Made by a program: the position numbers and the translations under genes
Notes under the pieces: model-generated
The model's database searches: none
What the model saw: only the letters and a program-made list of their open reading frames with translations
What the model was told of the DNA's origin: nothing
From: Candidatus Latescibacterota bacterium
Lineage (GTDB): Bacteria > Latescibacterota > UBA2968 > UBA8231
Direction: 5' to 3'
Length of the DNA: 64,000 nucleotides
Assembly (NCBI GenBank): GCA_965197905.1
Contig: CBDAOB010000005.1
Span: forward strand, 2,304,001-2,368,000
Part shown: one piece after another, positions 30,744 through 38,830 of the stretch
Layout of the letters: each line of letters opens with the position of its first letter
Position numbering within the stretch: position 1 is the stretch's first letter

Positions 30744-31751
30744 ATGAATCTCGAACGCAAGGGAATGTCCTCCTACCTTCAGCGAAAGAAGCTGATCAAA
30801 AGAGGAACGCCGCTAAATATTCGCCCCATTGGGGACGGGCAGAAGAATCGCGTTTTTCATGTGTCCGCTCACGGGGACGAGTGGATCATCAAGCAGTCCC
30901 TGTCCCGCGTCCAGCACATCAAGGAACGCTGGTGGGTCGATCGCAAACGCGTCTTCACCGAAAGCAGCTGCATCGAGATCTTGAATCAGATCGTGCCCCC
31001 GGACGTAATCCCTCAGGTGGTTCTGGAGGACCGCACCGACTTCATCATCATCACCAGTCCGCCACCCAAAGACGCAGTCTGGTGGGAACGCGAGCTTCAA
31101 AGAGGAAAAATAGACCTGCAGATTGCCGTGCAGTGTGGCGAGCTGCTCGCTACGGTACACAATGCCACCTACGAACGGCCGGACCTGAAGACTAACTTCA
31201 GGGATACCAAGATCTTCGAGCAACTGCGCATCGGTCCGTACTACGACGCGATAGCCGCAGCTTTCCCGGATCTTCGAAAAATTATCGATGCCCAGGCCCA
31301 GGAGCTGCTTAAACGAAAGGTCACGCTGGTGTTGGCCGACTTGCGGCCGAGAAATGTGTGGATCGACACAGGGCAGGTCTATCTCGTCGACTTCGCCACT
31401 GCCCATTTCGGCAACCCTTCGTTTGACCTTGCCTTCTACTCAGCGGACCTGTGCCTCAGGGCCATGCTCAACAGTCTGCAGAAAGCGGCCTATCTGGAAG
31501 CGATAAATGTTTTTTGGAATGGCTACTTGAGAATCGCCGAATACCCAGGAAAGCAGGACGTCGAGAAAACCGCGGTGCGCGATCTGGGTTGTCTCTTGCT
31601 CAGCACCACAGACGGTCGGCTGCCGGTAGAGGGCATGCCACCGGAAATCATCGATCTTTCCCGACGCATTGCACAGAGCCTGCTCTTTACAGAGTTGGAA
31701 CGCATCGAGGACATCACCGAGTTCATCAACCGAACGCTCATCGACGGTTGA
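30744..31751 (+). CDS. APH / methylthioribose-kinase-like phosphotransferase
   Basis: IGDGQKNRV, IIKQS, FEQLRIGPYY, LADLRPRN, LVDF, AHFGNPSFD. Confidence 0.72.
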   Translation: MNLERKGMSSYLQRKKLIKRGTPLNIRPIGDGQKNRVFHVSAHGDEWIIKQSLSRVQHIKERWWVDRKRVFTESSCIEILNQIVPPDVIPQVVLEDRTDFIIITSPPPKDAVWWERELQRGKIDLQIAVQCGELLATVHNATYERPDLKTNFRDTKIFEQLRIGPYYDAIAAAFPDLRKIIDAQAQELLKRKVTLVLADLRPRNVWIDTGQVYLVDFATAHFGNPSFDLAFYSADLCLRAMLNSLQKAAYLEAINVFWNGYLRIAEYPGKQDVEKTAVRDLGCLLLSTTDGRLPVEGMPPEIIDLSRRIAQSLLFTELERIEDITEFINRTLIDG

Positions 31752-31754
31752 TCT

Positions 31755-32492
31755 TCAGCCTGGCAGGCCTCTGTCCAGGTGACTCCGTAAATCTAAGCTG
31801 CTGGAAATAATGTGGGTTTTCATGGCTTGCCTGCACGCTCCTTCTTCGCCGTGCTCTAGGGCGCTCAAGATCTCGCCATGTTCGGCCAGGGATTTTCGCG
31901 CCCTTCCGATCTTTTCGGGAGGTGTGGGTTCCGCCAGGCTTCCCTTGATCCACTCCTGCAGATAGGTGCGAATCATGGTGAGCAGGTTGTTGAGTATTGG
32001 ATTTTGCGTCGCCCGCGCAATTAACAGGTGAAACCGAAGGTCATTATCCAGGAAGCGGTCGTCAGCATCGACAGAGTCTTCCATCGCCGTAAGGGCAGCC
32101 CCAATCTCGTGCACGTCGGCAGGTGTTGCCCGCTGCGCCGCCAGTGACGCCGTTTCTGTTTCAAGCATAAGCCGGGTCTCGACCAGATCCTGAACCGTTT
32201 TGCGATCGAGCAACAGGCCCCATTGCATGCTCTTTTCCAGGTACTTGGAGCTGTTGTCGCATACAAACGTTCCCTCTCCCACCCTTCCATCCAGGATTCC
32301 CATGACGGACAGTGAACGCAGAGCTTCCCGAACAGAGGTCCTTCCGACCCCGAACATGGTACAGAGTTCGCGCTCGGAAGGCAGACGTTCCCCCGGCTTC
32401 AGCACGTCCCGGGAGATGAGATCGATGATCTGATCGACGATCTTATCGCTGAGCGACGCCTTAGAAACGGGTCGAAGACCTTCTATGCTCAT
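31755..32492 (-). CDS. FadR/GntR family transcriptional regulator
   Basis: GERLPSERELCTMFGVGRTSVREAL winged HTH; FCD domain (DLRFHLLIARATQN, EH, H). Confidence 0.93.
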   Translation of the reverse strand: MSIEGLRPVSKASLSDKIVDQIIDLISRDVLKPGERLPSERELCTMFGVGRTSVREALRSLSVMGILDGRVGEGTFVCDNSSKYLEKSMQWGLLLDRKTVQDLVETRLMLETETASLAAQRATPADVHEIGAALTAMEDSVDADDRFLDNDLRFHLLIARATQNPILNNLLTMIRTYLQEWIKGSLAEPTPPEKIGRARKSLAEHGEILSALEHGEEGACRQAMKTHIISSSLDLRSHLDRGLPG

Positions 32493-32585
32493 GTGCGAGG
32501 CAGAAACCGCGTTGAAGCAAACCAAGCACAAGCAACATGCGAAGAGCGCATGGCCCGCGCGCGGTTAAGCTTTTTAGATTTTTCC

Positions 32586-32647
32586 TTTACAATGGGCTGA
32601 ATCAGCCGTATTGTATTATAGGCTAATGGTCAGATCATCAGTCACCA
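32586..32647 (+). promoter_or_regulatory. Promoter and FadR-subfamily operator candidate for the methyltransferase cassette
   Basis: TTTACA (32586-91), 17 nt, TATTGT (32609-14); TGGTCAGATCA (32627-37) is one mismatch from TGGT-N3-ACCA; an imperfect palindrome TACAAT..GGCTGA/TCAGCC..ATTGTA overlaps the promoter. Confidence 0.5.
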
Positions 32648-32699
32648 AGTATAGAATAATCGGCGATCGGTTGTCAAGCGGAATGAACGGGAGACAGGC

Positions 32700-33335
32700 A
32701 TGGCCAAGATGATCGACATCGGGCATAGGGTTGAACTGGTGCCCATGGACACCCATTTCCATGAGATCACGCTGGCCCTCTATCAGCAGATCGTGGACGG
32801 GCAACCCCAGTACCTGGTGCATTCCTACAGTTCGATCGCAGATACGGCCCAGAGGCTCGAGGCGGTAACGGCATCGATGAGGGTGCTGGGCGGCATGGAG
32901 ACGGCAACGGAGAAGCGGTTGCGATTCCCCTGCGGTAATGAACATCTGCTCGGGGTCCGGCGCCTGTTCCTGGAGTCGTGTAAGGTTCCACCTGACGCAG
33001 AACCGAAGCAACGTCCCCTCCAGATCTTCGACAAGAAATCGAACGTAGAGGTTACCGTATCGAAACTGGGCAACGGCCGTTATGGCGTAACCGCCGACAC
33101 CGCGGACGACCAGGAGGCCGTGGACAAGCGACTCAACGCGATCGCCGGCGGTCTCTTGAAGCTGGGCCAGTTGGCCGCCATCGACACTCTGGAGGTCGCC
33201 TTCGAATGCGGCCAGGACCACGATGCGCTGCTTGGGCTGCTGCTGGTCCGCGCGCCAAATGTGCGCGCCGCGGTTCGGGAGCAGGAGCAAGTCGCCGCTC
33301 GTGGCGTCTTGGCAGCCCCGAGCCAACAGGAATAA
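32700..33335 (+). CDS. Hypothetical protein with an internal duplication and two FxCGxxH motifs
   Basis: GGAG RBS; first gene of the cassette; repeats offset by 92 aa (C78/C170, H82/H174). Confidence 0.8.
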   Translation: MAKMIDIGHRVELVPMDTHFHEITLALYQQIVDGQPQYLVHSYSSIADTAQRLEAVTASMRVLGGMETATEKRLRFPCGNEHLLGVRRLFLESCKVPPDAEPKQRPLQIFDKKSNVEVTVSKLGNGRYGVTADTADDQEAVDKRLNAIAGGLLKLGQLAAIDTLEVAFECGQDHDALLGLLLVRAPNVRAAVREQEQVAARGVLAAPSQQE

Positions 33336-33345
33336 GGAGTTACCA

Positions 33346-34395
33346 ATGACGAGCGAAGCAAAGACTCCAATGAGCAGTCGGGAGCGCGTGTTGGCCGCCC
33401 TGAAACGCGAGCCCGTCGACCGCACACCCTGCTGCAACCCCACCTCCGTGGCAACGGTAGAATTGATGGATCTGGTCGATGCCCCTTTTCCACGGGCCAA
33501 TCGCGAACCCGAGCTAATGGCCCGCCTGGCCGCGACCGGTTACACGGAGCTCGGATTTGACAGCATCATGCCGGTATTCTCGATCATCCAGGAGTCGTCA
33601 GCGCTGGGTTGCAAGATCCAGTGGGAGCAGAAGGACAACTGGCCGACCGTGAAGATGCGCGAGCCGATCTGGGAAGAGCCGGACGACATCGAGATACCGA
33701 ACGACTTCCTGACCCACCAGGACACCTCCTGTGTTCTCGAAGCGATCAAGATATTGAGGAAGGAATACGGCGACGAGGTTGCCATCATCGGAAAAACCAT
33801 GGGGCCGTGGTCGCTGGGATATCACTGTTTCGGGGTCGAGCCGTTCCTGCTCATGTCTCTGGACGATCCGGATCGCACCAAACTCTGCCTTGACCGCATG
33901 AAAAAAGCGACCATCGACTTTGGCAGAGCCCAGATCGAGGCCGGAGCCGACGCGCTCTGCCTCCCCGATCACGCGACAGGAGATCTGGTGAGTGGCGAGT
34001 ATTACGATCGATACTTGCGCGAATTACACATCGAATTCTCTCAGGAGATTCCGATTCCGCTGATTCTGCACATATGCGGTCGGACCGTGGACCGGATGGA
34101 CTACATCGCCCAGACCGGCATGGCCGCGTTTCACTACGATTCAAAGAACCAACCTGGAGAGTCGATGGATGTGGTGAAGGACAGGATCTCGCTGGTGGGC
34201 AACATCAATAATCCGGAGACCCTTTTTTCCAAAGGACCTGAAGAGGTAACCGCCGAGGTTGTAAAGAATTTAGACGCCGGCGTACAGCTGGTCGGACCCG
34301 AGTGCGCCATTCCACTGCAAACCGCGATCGAGAACCTGAAAGCAATACCCGGTGCGGTGAAAGATTGGCATCGAGACCATCCGGCAAATAATTGA
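33346..34395 (+). CDS. MtaA/CmuA family methyltransferase (URO-D fold)
   Basis: MSSRERVLAAL...PVDRTP start, GPWSLG, AQIEAGAD, LHICG (HxC) and GPEC distal Cys; AAGGAG RBS. Confidence 0.88.
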   Translation: MTSEAKTPMSSRERVLAALKREPVDRTPCCNPTSVATVELMDLVDAPFPRANREPELMARLAATGYTELGFDSIMPVFSIIQESSALGCKIQWEQKDNWPTVKMREPIWEEPDDIEIPNDFLTHQDTSCVLEAIKILRKEYGDEVAIIGKTMGPWSLGYHCFGVEPFLLMSLDDPDRTKLCLDRMKKATIDFGRAQIEAGADALCLPDHATGDLVSGEYYDRYLRELHIEFSQEIPIPLILHICGRTVDRMDYIAQTGMAAFHYDSKNQPGESMDVVKDRISLVGNINNPETLFSKGPEEVTAEVVKNLDAGVQLVGPECAIPLQTAIENLKAIPGAVKDWHRDHPANN

Positions 34396-34452
34396 CATGT
34401 CAGGGACGCCGCGCGTTGACGCTCGTCCTGCACGAAAGAAGGTTGAGGACCA

Positions 34453-35220
34453 ATGGCAGAGCTGAAGGATATCGAGAATCAGTTCATCCGCGATGAGATA
34501 GAAGAGTTCTTAGAGCGCCCCGACGAGATCGAACGGGTGACCAATCTGTTTGCCGAATCCCGGGCCGAGATGCAGGAAATCTCTGCCGCCCTGATCGAAG
34601 GTGAAAACGTCGTTGTCGACGAACTCACTCGCGCCGCCCTCGACAACGGTATCGAAGCATTGGAGGTCATGGATTACGGCCTTATAGCGGGCATGGGCAT
34701 TGTCGGTATAAAGTTCAGGGAAAACTTCATCTTTGTGCCCGAGGTGCTGGCCTGCGCCCGCGCGATGAAGGCGGGCATGGCGCACATCGAGCCGATCCTG
34801 TCCGCCTCCGGCGTTGAACCGGAAGGCACCGTGGTCATGGGAACGGTCAAAGGAGACCTTCACGACATCGGTAAGAATCTTTGCATCATGATGCTCCGCG
34901 GCTCCGGCTTCGTCGTGCACGACCTTGGGGTGGACACCTCCGACGACGAGTTTCTCGAAGCGGTGGAAGAGCACGGCGCCCCGCTTATGGGTATGTCAGC
35001 CCTGCTCACCACCACCATGCCGAACATGGGCAAAACGATCGAAGCCTTCATCGACGAGGACGTTCGCGACGACGTCAAGATCATGGTCGGGGGCGCGCCG
35101 GTCACGCAGGAGTTTGCCGATGATATGGGCGCCGACGGATATGGTAAGGACGCCGTTGCGTGTGTGGAGCTGGCCAAGAAACTCATCGGCGAACACAAGT
35201 CGGAGCACGCCAGTATCTGA
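34453..35220 (+). CDS. Corrinoid (B12-binding) protein, MtaC/MttC-like
   Basis: Cap domain (GLIAGMGIVG, FVPEVL); GDLHDIGKN (DxHxxG), MSALLTTT, VGGAPVT, GADGY. Confidence 0.93.
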   Translation: MAELKDIENQFIRDEIEEFLERPDEIERVTNLFAESRAEMQEISAALIEGENVVVDELTRAALDNGIEALEVMDYGLIAGMGIVGIKFRENFIFVPEVLACARAMKAGMAHIEPILSASGVEPEGTVVMGTVKGDLHDIGKNLCIMMLRGSGFVVHDLGVDTSDDEFLEAVEEHGAPLMGMSALLTTTMPNMGKTIEAFIDEDVRDDVKIMVGGAPVTQEFADDMGADGYGKDAVACVELAKKLIGEHKSEHASI

Positions 35221-35317
35221 TCGGCGCGGAGGGCGAGCATCGAAACCCCCGATATGCTTCTCACCGCTGTATCCATATATCCCCAACACCCCTTGCGATA
35301 GCTGCGACCGACTCGAT

Positions 35318-37219
35318 ATGACCAAGGTTGACAAGGAAGCTTACAAGAACAGCCTCGACAAGCTGACCGAGGTATTGACCGGGGTCGCGCGGCACGCCGA
35401 CGAGCAATCTACCTACCGCTGTCCCTACAAGAATCGCCACGACGAATGCACGGCGAAAATCGGATGTCGCAATCAGCGCAAACCCAAGACTGAAGGGGGA
35501 CTGCTGATGTGCGGCGGAGACGACAAGCTGGACTACAGGACTGCCTGGGAATCGGATCCAGATTCGCATCCCATGGCCAGAGAGCCTGGGGCCGGCCACG
35601 TTGTCCACGACGGTGTCAGTCAGGAAATGGCGGTAGGCAAGACCCTGTTCGACTACGCCGACGACCTGGCGATGCAGGTTCCCACCTCTTGCGGCAGGAC
35701 CGGTCACTGTCACGAATGCGTGGTGGAAGTGAAACAGGGCCACGAAGCATTGGGTGCGAAGACGGAAGAGGAATCGTTCCTGCGTGGAGACTACCGCCTG
35801 GCCTGCCAAGCGGTGGTGGAGAATGTGGATCAGGACGTGGAATTTGCTCCCCTGCGACGAACGCCCAAGATCCTGACCGCGACGCAGGAGAAGACCCTTG
35901 AGTTAGATCCTGTTTACAAGCGCAAGGGTCACGCGGTCTTTCGAGGAGACGAGGAGGTCGACCGGTTTCGCGGCCATCTCTACGGCCTCGCCATCGACCT
36001 GGGAACGACCACCGTCGTCCTCGAGCTGATTGACCTGGAGACGGGCGACAGCGTGCAGATGCGCTCCTTCGAGAACCCCCAGCGATTCGGGGGCAGCGAT
36101 ATCATGAACCGCATCTCGTATGACGGCGAGTTTCCCGGCGAATTGCGCCGAGCGGTGGTGAAAGCGCTCAATCACGAAATCAACGAGCTCTGCTCCGAGC
36201 TTGGCTTTGTTCGGCAGGAGATCTACGAAGTCGTGGTCGCCGGAAACTCGACGATGCGCGACCTCATCTTCAAGCTCGACGTCCAAGGCATCGGGCAAAA
36301 GCCGTACAAGTCGGTGATTGAGAACGAATTCACTGATGGCCTCAGGACAACCACGGCTCTGGTGGAGAAAACTCGCCGCCTCGGTCTGCGCGCAAACCCG
36401 AAGGCGACGATATACAGCTTGCCGCTGATAGCCAGTCACGTTGGCGCCGACGTCGCAGCCGATCTGATCGCCGTGGAGATGGGCAAGACCCAGAAAACGG
36501 TGATGCTGGTGGACGTGGGCACCAACACCGAAGTCGTAGTGGCGCACCAGGGTCGCCTGATGGCCGCGTCCTGCCCCGCGGGTCCCGCCTTCGAAGGGGG
36601 AGAAATCCAGTACGGCATGCCGGGTCACGAGGGGGCCATCGAATCGATCCGACTGGTGAACGGCAGCTACGACTACAGCACCATCGGCCATCTGCCCGCG
36701 GAAGGAATCTGTGGCTCCGGACTCATCGACTTGCTGGCCGAGCTTCGCAGGCACGACCGCATGACCCCGAAGGGAGTTTTCGCCGATCGCCAGTACGAGC
36801 TGTCGATCGTTCCCGAGCGCGGCATCACCTTTTCCCGCCAGGACGCCAGCAATCTCGCCCAGGCCAAAGCCGCCAACTACTGTGGACAGTACATCGTACT
36901 GCGCGCCATGGGAATCGGTCCCGCAGATCTGGACAAACTCTACCTCGCCGGCGGATTCGCCAACTATGTCGACGTCGAGAACGCCGTCGACATTGGTTTT
37001 CTGGCTCCGGCGAACCTGGACAAGATCGTCAAGGTGGGCAACGCATCGGTTCAGGGCGCGCGCGAGGCCTTGCTTTCGCGCCGGAAACGCTCCGAGATTG
37101 AATCGTTGGTGAAGGATATTCAACACGTGGAATTGGAAACCACAACCGACTTCTTCGACGTTTTTGTGGAGGGCTGTCAGTTCAAACCGATGCCGACGGA
37201 TCTTAGCTCTCAGACCTGA
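35318..37219 (+). CDS. ASKHA-family reductive activator of corrinoid proteins (RACo/AcsV/DUF4445-type) with [2Fe-2S] domain and N-terminal Cys4 extension
   Basis: SCGRTGHCHEC...LACQ; DLGTTT, FGGSDIMNRI, GNSTM, DVGTNTE, AGPAFEG, GICGSG, LAGGF. Confidence 0.88.
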   Translation: MTKVDKEAYKNSLDKLTEVLTGVARHADEQSTYRCPYKNRHDECTAKIGCRNQRKPKTEGGLLMCGGDDKLDYRTAWESDPDSHPMAREPGAGHVVHDGVSQEMAVGKTLFDYADDLAMQVPTSCGRTGHCHECVVEVKQGHEALGAKTEEESFLRGDYRLACQAVVENVDQDVEFAPLRRTPKILTATQEKTLELDPVYKRKGHAVFRGDEEVDRFRGHLYGLAIDLGTTTVVLELIDLETGDSVQMRSFENPQRFGGSDIMNRISYDGEFPGELRRAVVKALNHEINELCSELGFVRQEIYEVVVAGNSTMRDLIFKLDVQGIGQKPYKSVIENEFTDGLRTTTALVEKTRRLGLRANPKATIYSLPLIASHVGADVAADLIAVEMGKTQKTVMLVDVGTNTEVVVAHQGRLMAASCPAGPAFEGGEIQYGMPGHEGAIESIRLVNGSYDYSTIGHLPAEGICGSGLIDLLAELRRHDRMTPKGVFADRQYELSIVPERGITFSRQDASNLAQAKAANYCGQYIVLRAMGIGPADLDKLYLAGGFANYVDVENAVDIGFLAPANLDKIVKVGNASVQGAREALLSRRKRSEIESLVKDIQHVELETTTDFFDVFVEGCQFKPMPTDLSSQT

Positions 37220-37234
37220 TTCGTACCCGACCCG

Positions 37235-38830
37235 ATGCCTTCGCCCGAAAACAAGCAAACCCGAGTCAGCCTGCGTCATCTGCTGCAAGAAACAGATACC
37301 TTCGCAACCTGCGTGGAACTGGTTACCACCCGCGGAACCATCGCCGAGCGCAGCGGACAGAAGATCCTGGAATTGGCCCGCGCTTTAGCCGACAATCCGG
37401 AGATTCACGGACTCAGCATTACCGACAACCCGGGTGGCAACGCGATGATCGGGACCGATGTCCTGGGCCACGATCTCGCATCCCGTGGCCAGGAGGTGGT
37501 CATCCATCTTTCCTGCAAGGACTTCAACCGCAACGGACTGCTAAGCCGGGCCTGGCAGTTGGCCAGCGAGGGATTCAACAACATCCTCGCCCTTTCCGGG
37601 GATTACCCGATCGCCGGCTACGAGGGCGCGGCCAGTCCCGTTTTCGACATCGATTCGGTCGCGTTGCTCGAGATCCTCAGCTCCATGAATCGGGGTTTGG
37701 AGACCGTGGGCCGTACAGGTAAGACGAGCCGGCTGAAGAAGACGGAGTTCCTTCTCGGCGCCGTAGTGAACAATCACAAGGTGCTCGAGTCGGAGGTGAT
37801 GCCACAGTATTTCAAACTGGCCAGGAAAATCGCCTGTGGAGCCGAATTTATTATCAACCAGATCGGCTACGACGCACGCAAGCAGGATGAACTGCTCAAG
37901 TACATGGTCAGAGAAGGGCTTTCGGTACCGGTCATCGGCAATGTCTACGTGCTGAACGGAGCCGCTGCCCGCGTGTTCAATGCCAACCGCATTCCGGGTG
38001 TCGTCGTCAGCGACGAGCTGCTTTCCGTAGCGGATAGACAGGCCAGCGCGGAAGACAAAGGCAAAGGGTTTTTCATCGAGCTGGCGGCGAAACAATGTGC
38101 GATCCACCGCGGCCTGGGATATCGCGGCGTCTACATAGGCGGCAACCTCGAGTACGAGGACTATGAGGGCATTCTAGAATTGGAAAAGGGATTTGGCGCC
38201 GACGACTGGAAGCAGTTTGCGACGGAGATACAGTTCAGCAGACCTGGTGAATTCTATTTCTTCGAGGCGGACCACGAGTCCGGTCTTAGCTCGACGGAGC
38301 TGAACCGGGAATATGCAGCCTCCAAGACCGCTCGCGGGCAGCGTCAGGACCGTGCCAACTTGGGTCTGGGGTATAAGATCAACCGTGCCGTCCATCACCT
38401 GTTGTTCGAAAAGGACAGTATCGGTTTCTCGCTGGCCAGCAAGCTCTACGGAAGATTGGACGACTCGAAGTTCAAGGGCGCCGCACATTCGTTGGAACAC
38501 GCAGCGAAGATCGCAGCCTTCGATTGTCGCGATTGTGGCGATTGCTCTCTTCCCGACATCGCCTATCTCTGCCCCGAATCGCAGTGCGTAAAGAATCAGC
38601 GCAACGGTCCCTGCGGAGGAACCAGAGGCGGTCAGTGCGAGATTGGAGAAAAAGAATGTATCTGGTCCAGAGCCTATAAGCGCCTCAAGGCATATGGCGA
38701 GGAGGAAGAGATGCTGAACCGGCCGGTTGTGTTCAAGGACGGTGCGCTCAAAGGAACGAGCGCGTGGGCGAATACCTTTCTGCAGCGGGACCACCATGCA
38801 AAAAAAGGAAGAAACGGGAGCAACACATGA
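37235..38830 (+). CDS. metF: Methylenetetrahydrofolate reductase with fused C-terminal MetV-like Cys-rich domain
   Basis: ITDNPGG, HLSCKDFNR, LALSGD, FDIDSV, FIINQ; C-terminal CRDCGDC...CP..QC.KNQRNGPCGG...CE...CIW. Confidence 0.85.
   Translation: MPSPENKQTRVSLRHLLQETDTFATCVELVTTRGTIAERSGQKILELARALADNPEIHGLSITDNPGGNAMIGTDVLGHDLASRGQEVVIHLSCKDFNRNGLLSRAWQLASEGFNNILALSGDYPIAGYEGAASPVFDIDSVALLEILSSMNRGLETVGRTGKTSRLKKTEFLLGAVVNNHKVLESEVMPQYFKLARKIACGAEFIINQIGYDARKQDELLKYMVREGLSVPVIGNVYVLNGAAARVFNANRIPGVVVSDELLSVADRQASAEDKGKGFFIELAAKQCAIHRGLGYRGVYIGGNLEYEDYEGILELEKGFGADDWKQFATEIQFSRPGEFYFFEADHESGLSSTELNREYAASKTARGQRQDRANLGLGYKINRAVHHLLFEKDSIGFSLASKLYGRLDDSKFKGAAHSLEHAAKIAAFDCRDCGDCSLPDIAYLCPESQCVKNQRNGPCGGTRGGQCEIGEKECIWSRAYKRLKAYGEEEEMLNRPVVFKDGALKGTSAWANTFLQRDHHAKKGRNGSNT

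Noticed and set aside
32493..32699. Cobalamin or SAM riboswitch ahead of the corrinoid cassette
   Set aside because: No B12-box or SAM-I core recognisable by eye, and the leader after the candidate promoter is short; an Rfam scan would be decisive.
34925..35317. N-terminal 131 aa of the 764-aa ORF (similar extensions at 14272, 18643, 33223, 38764, 40081, 47237)
   Set aside because: They overlap upstream genes in another frame and have non-protein-like composition; downstream ATGs fit family N-termini or RBS positions.
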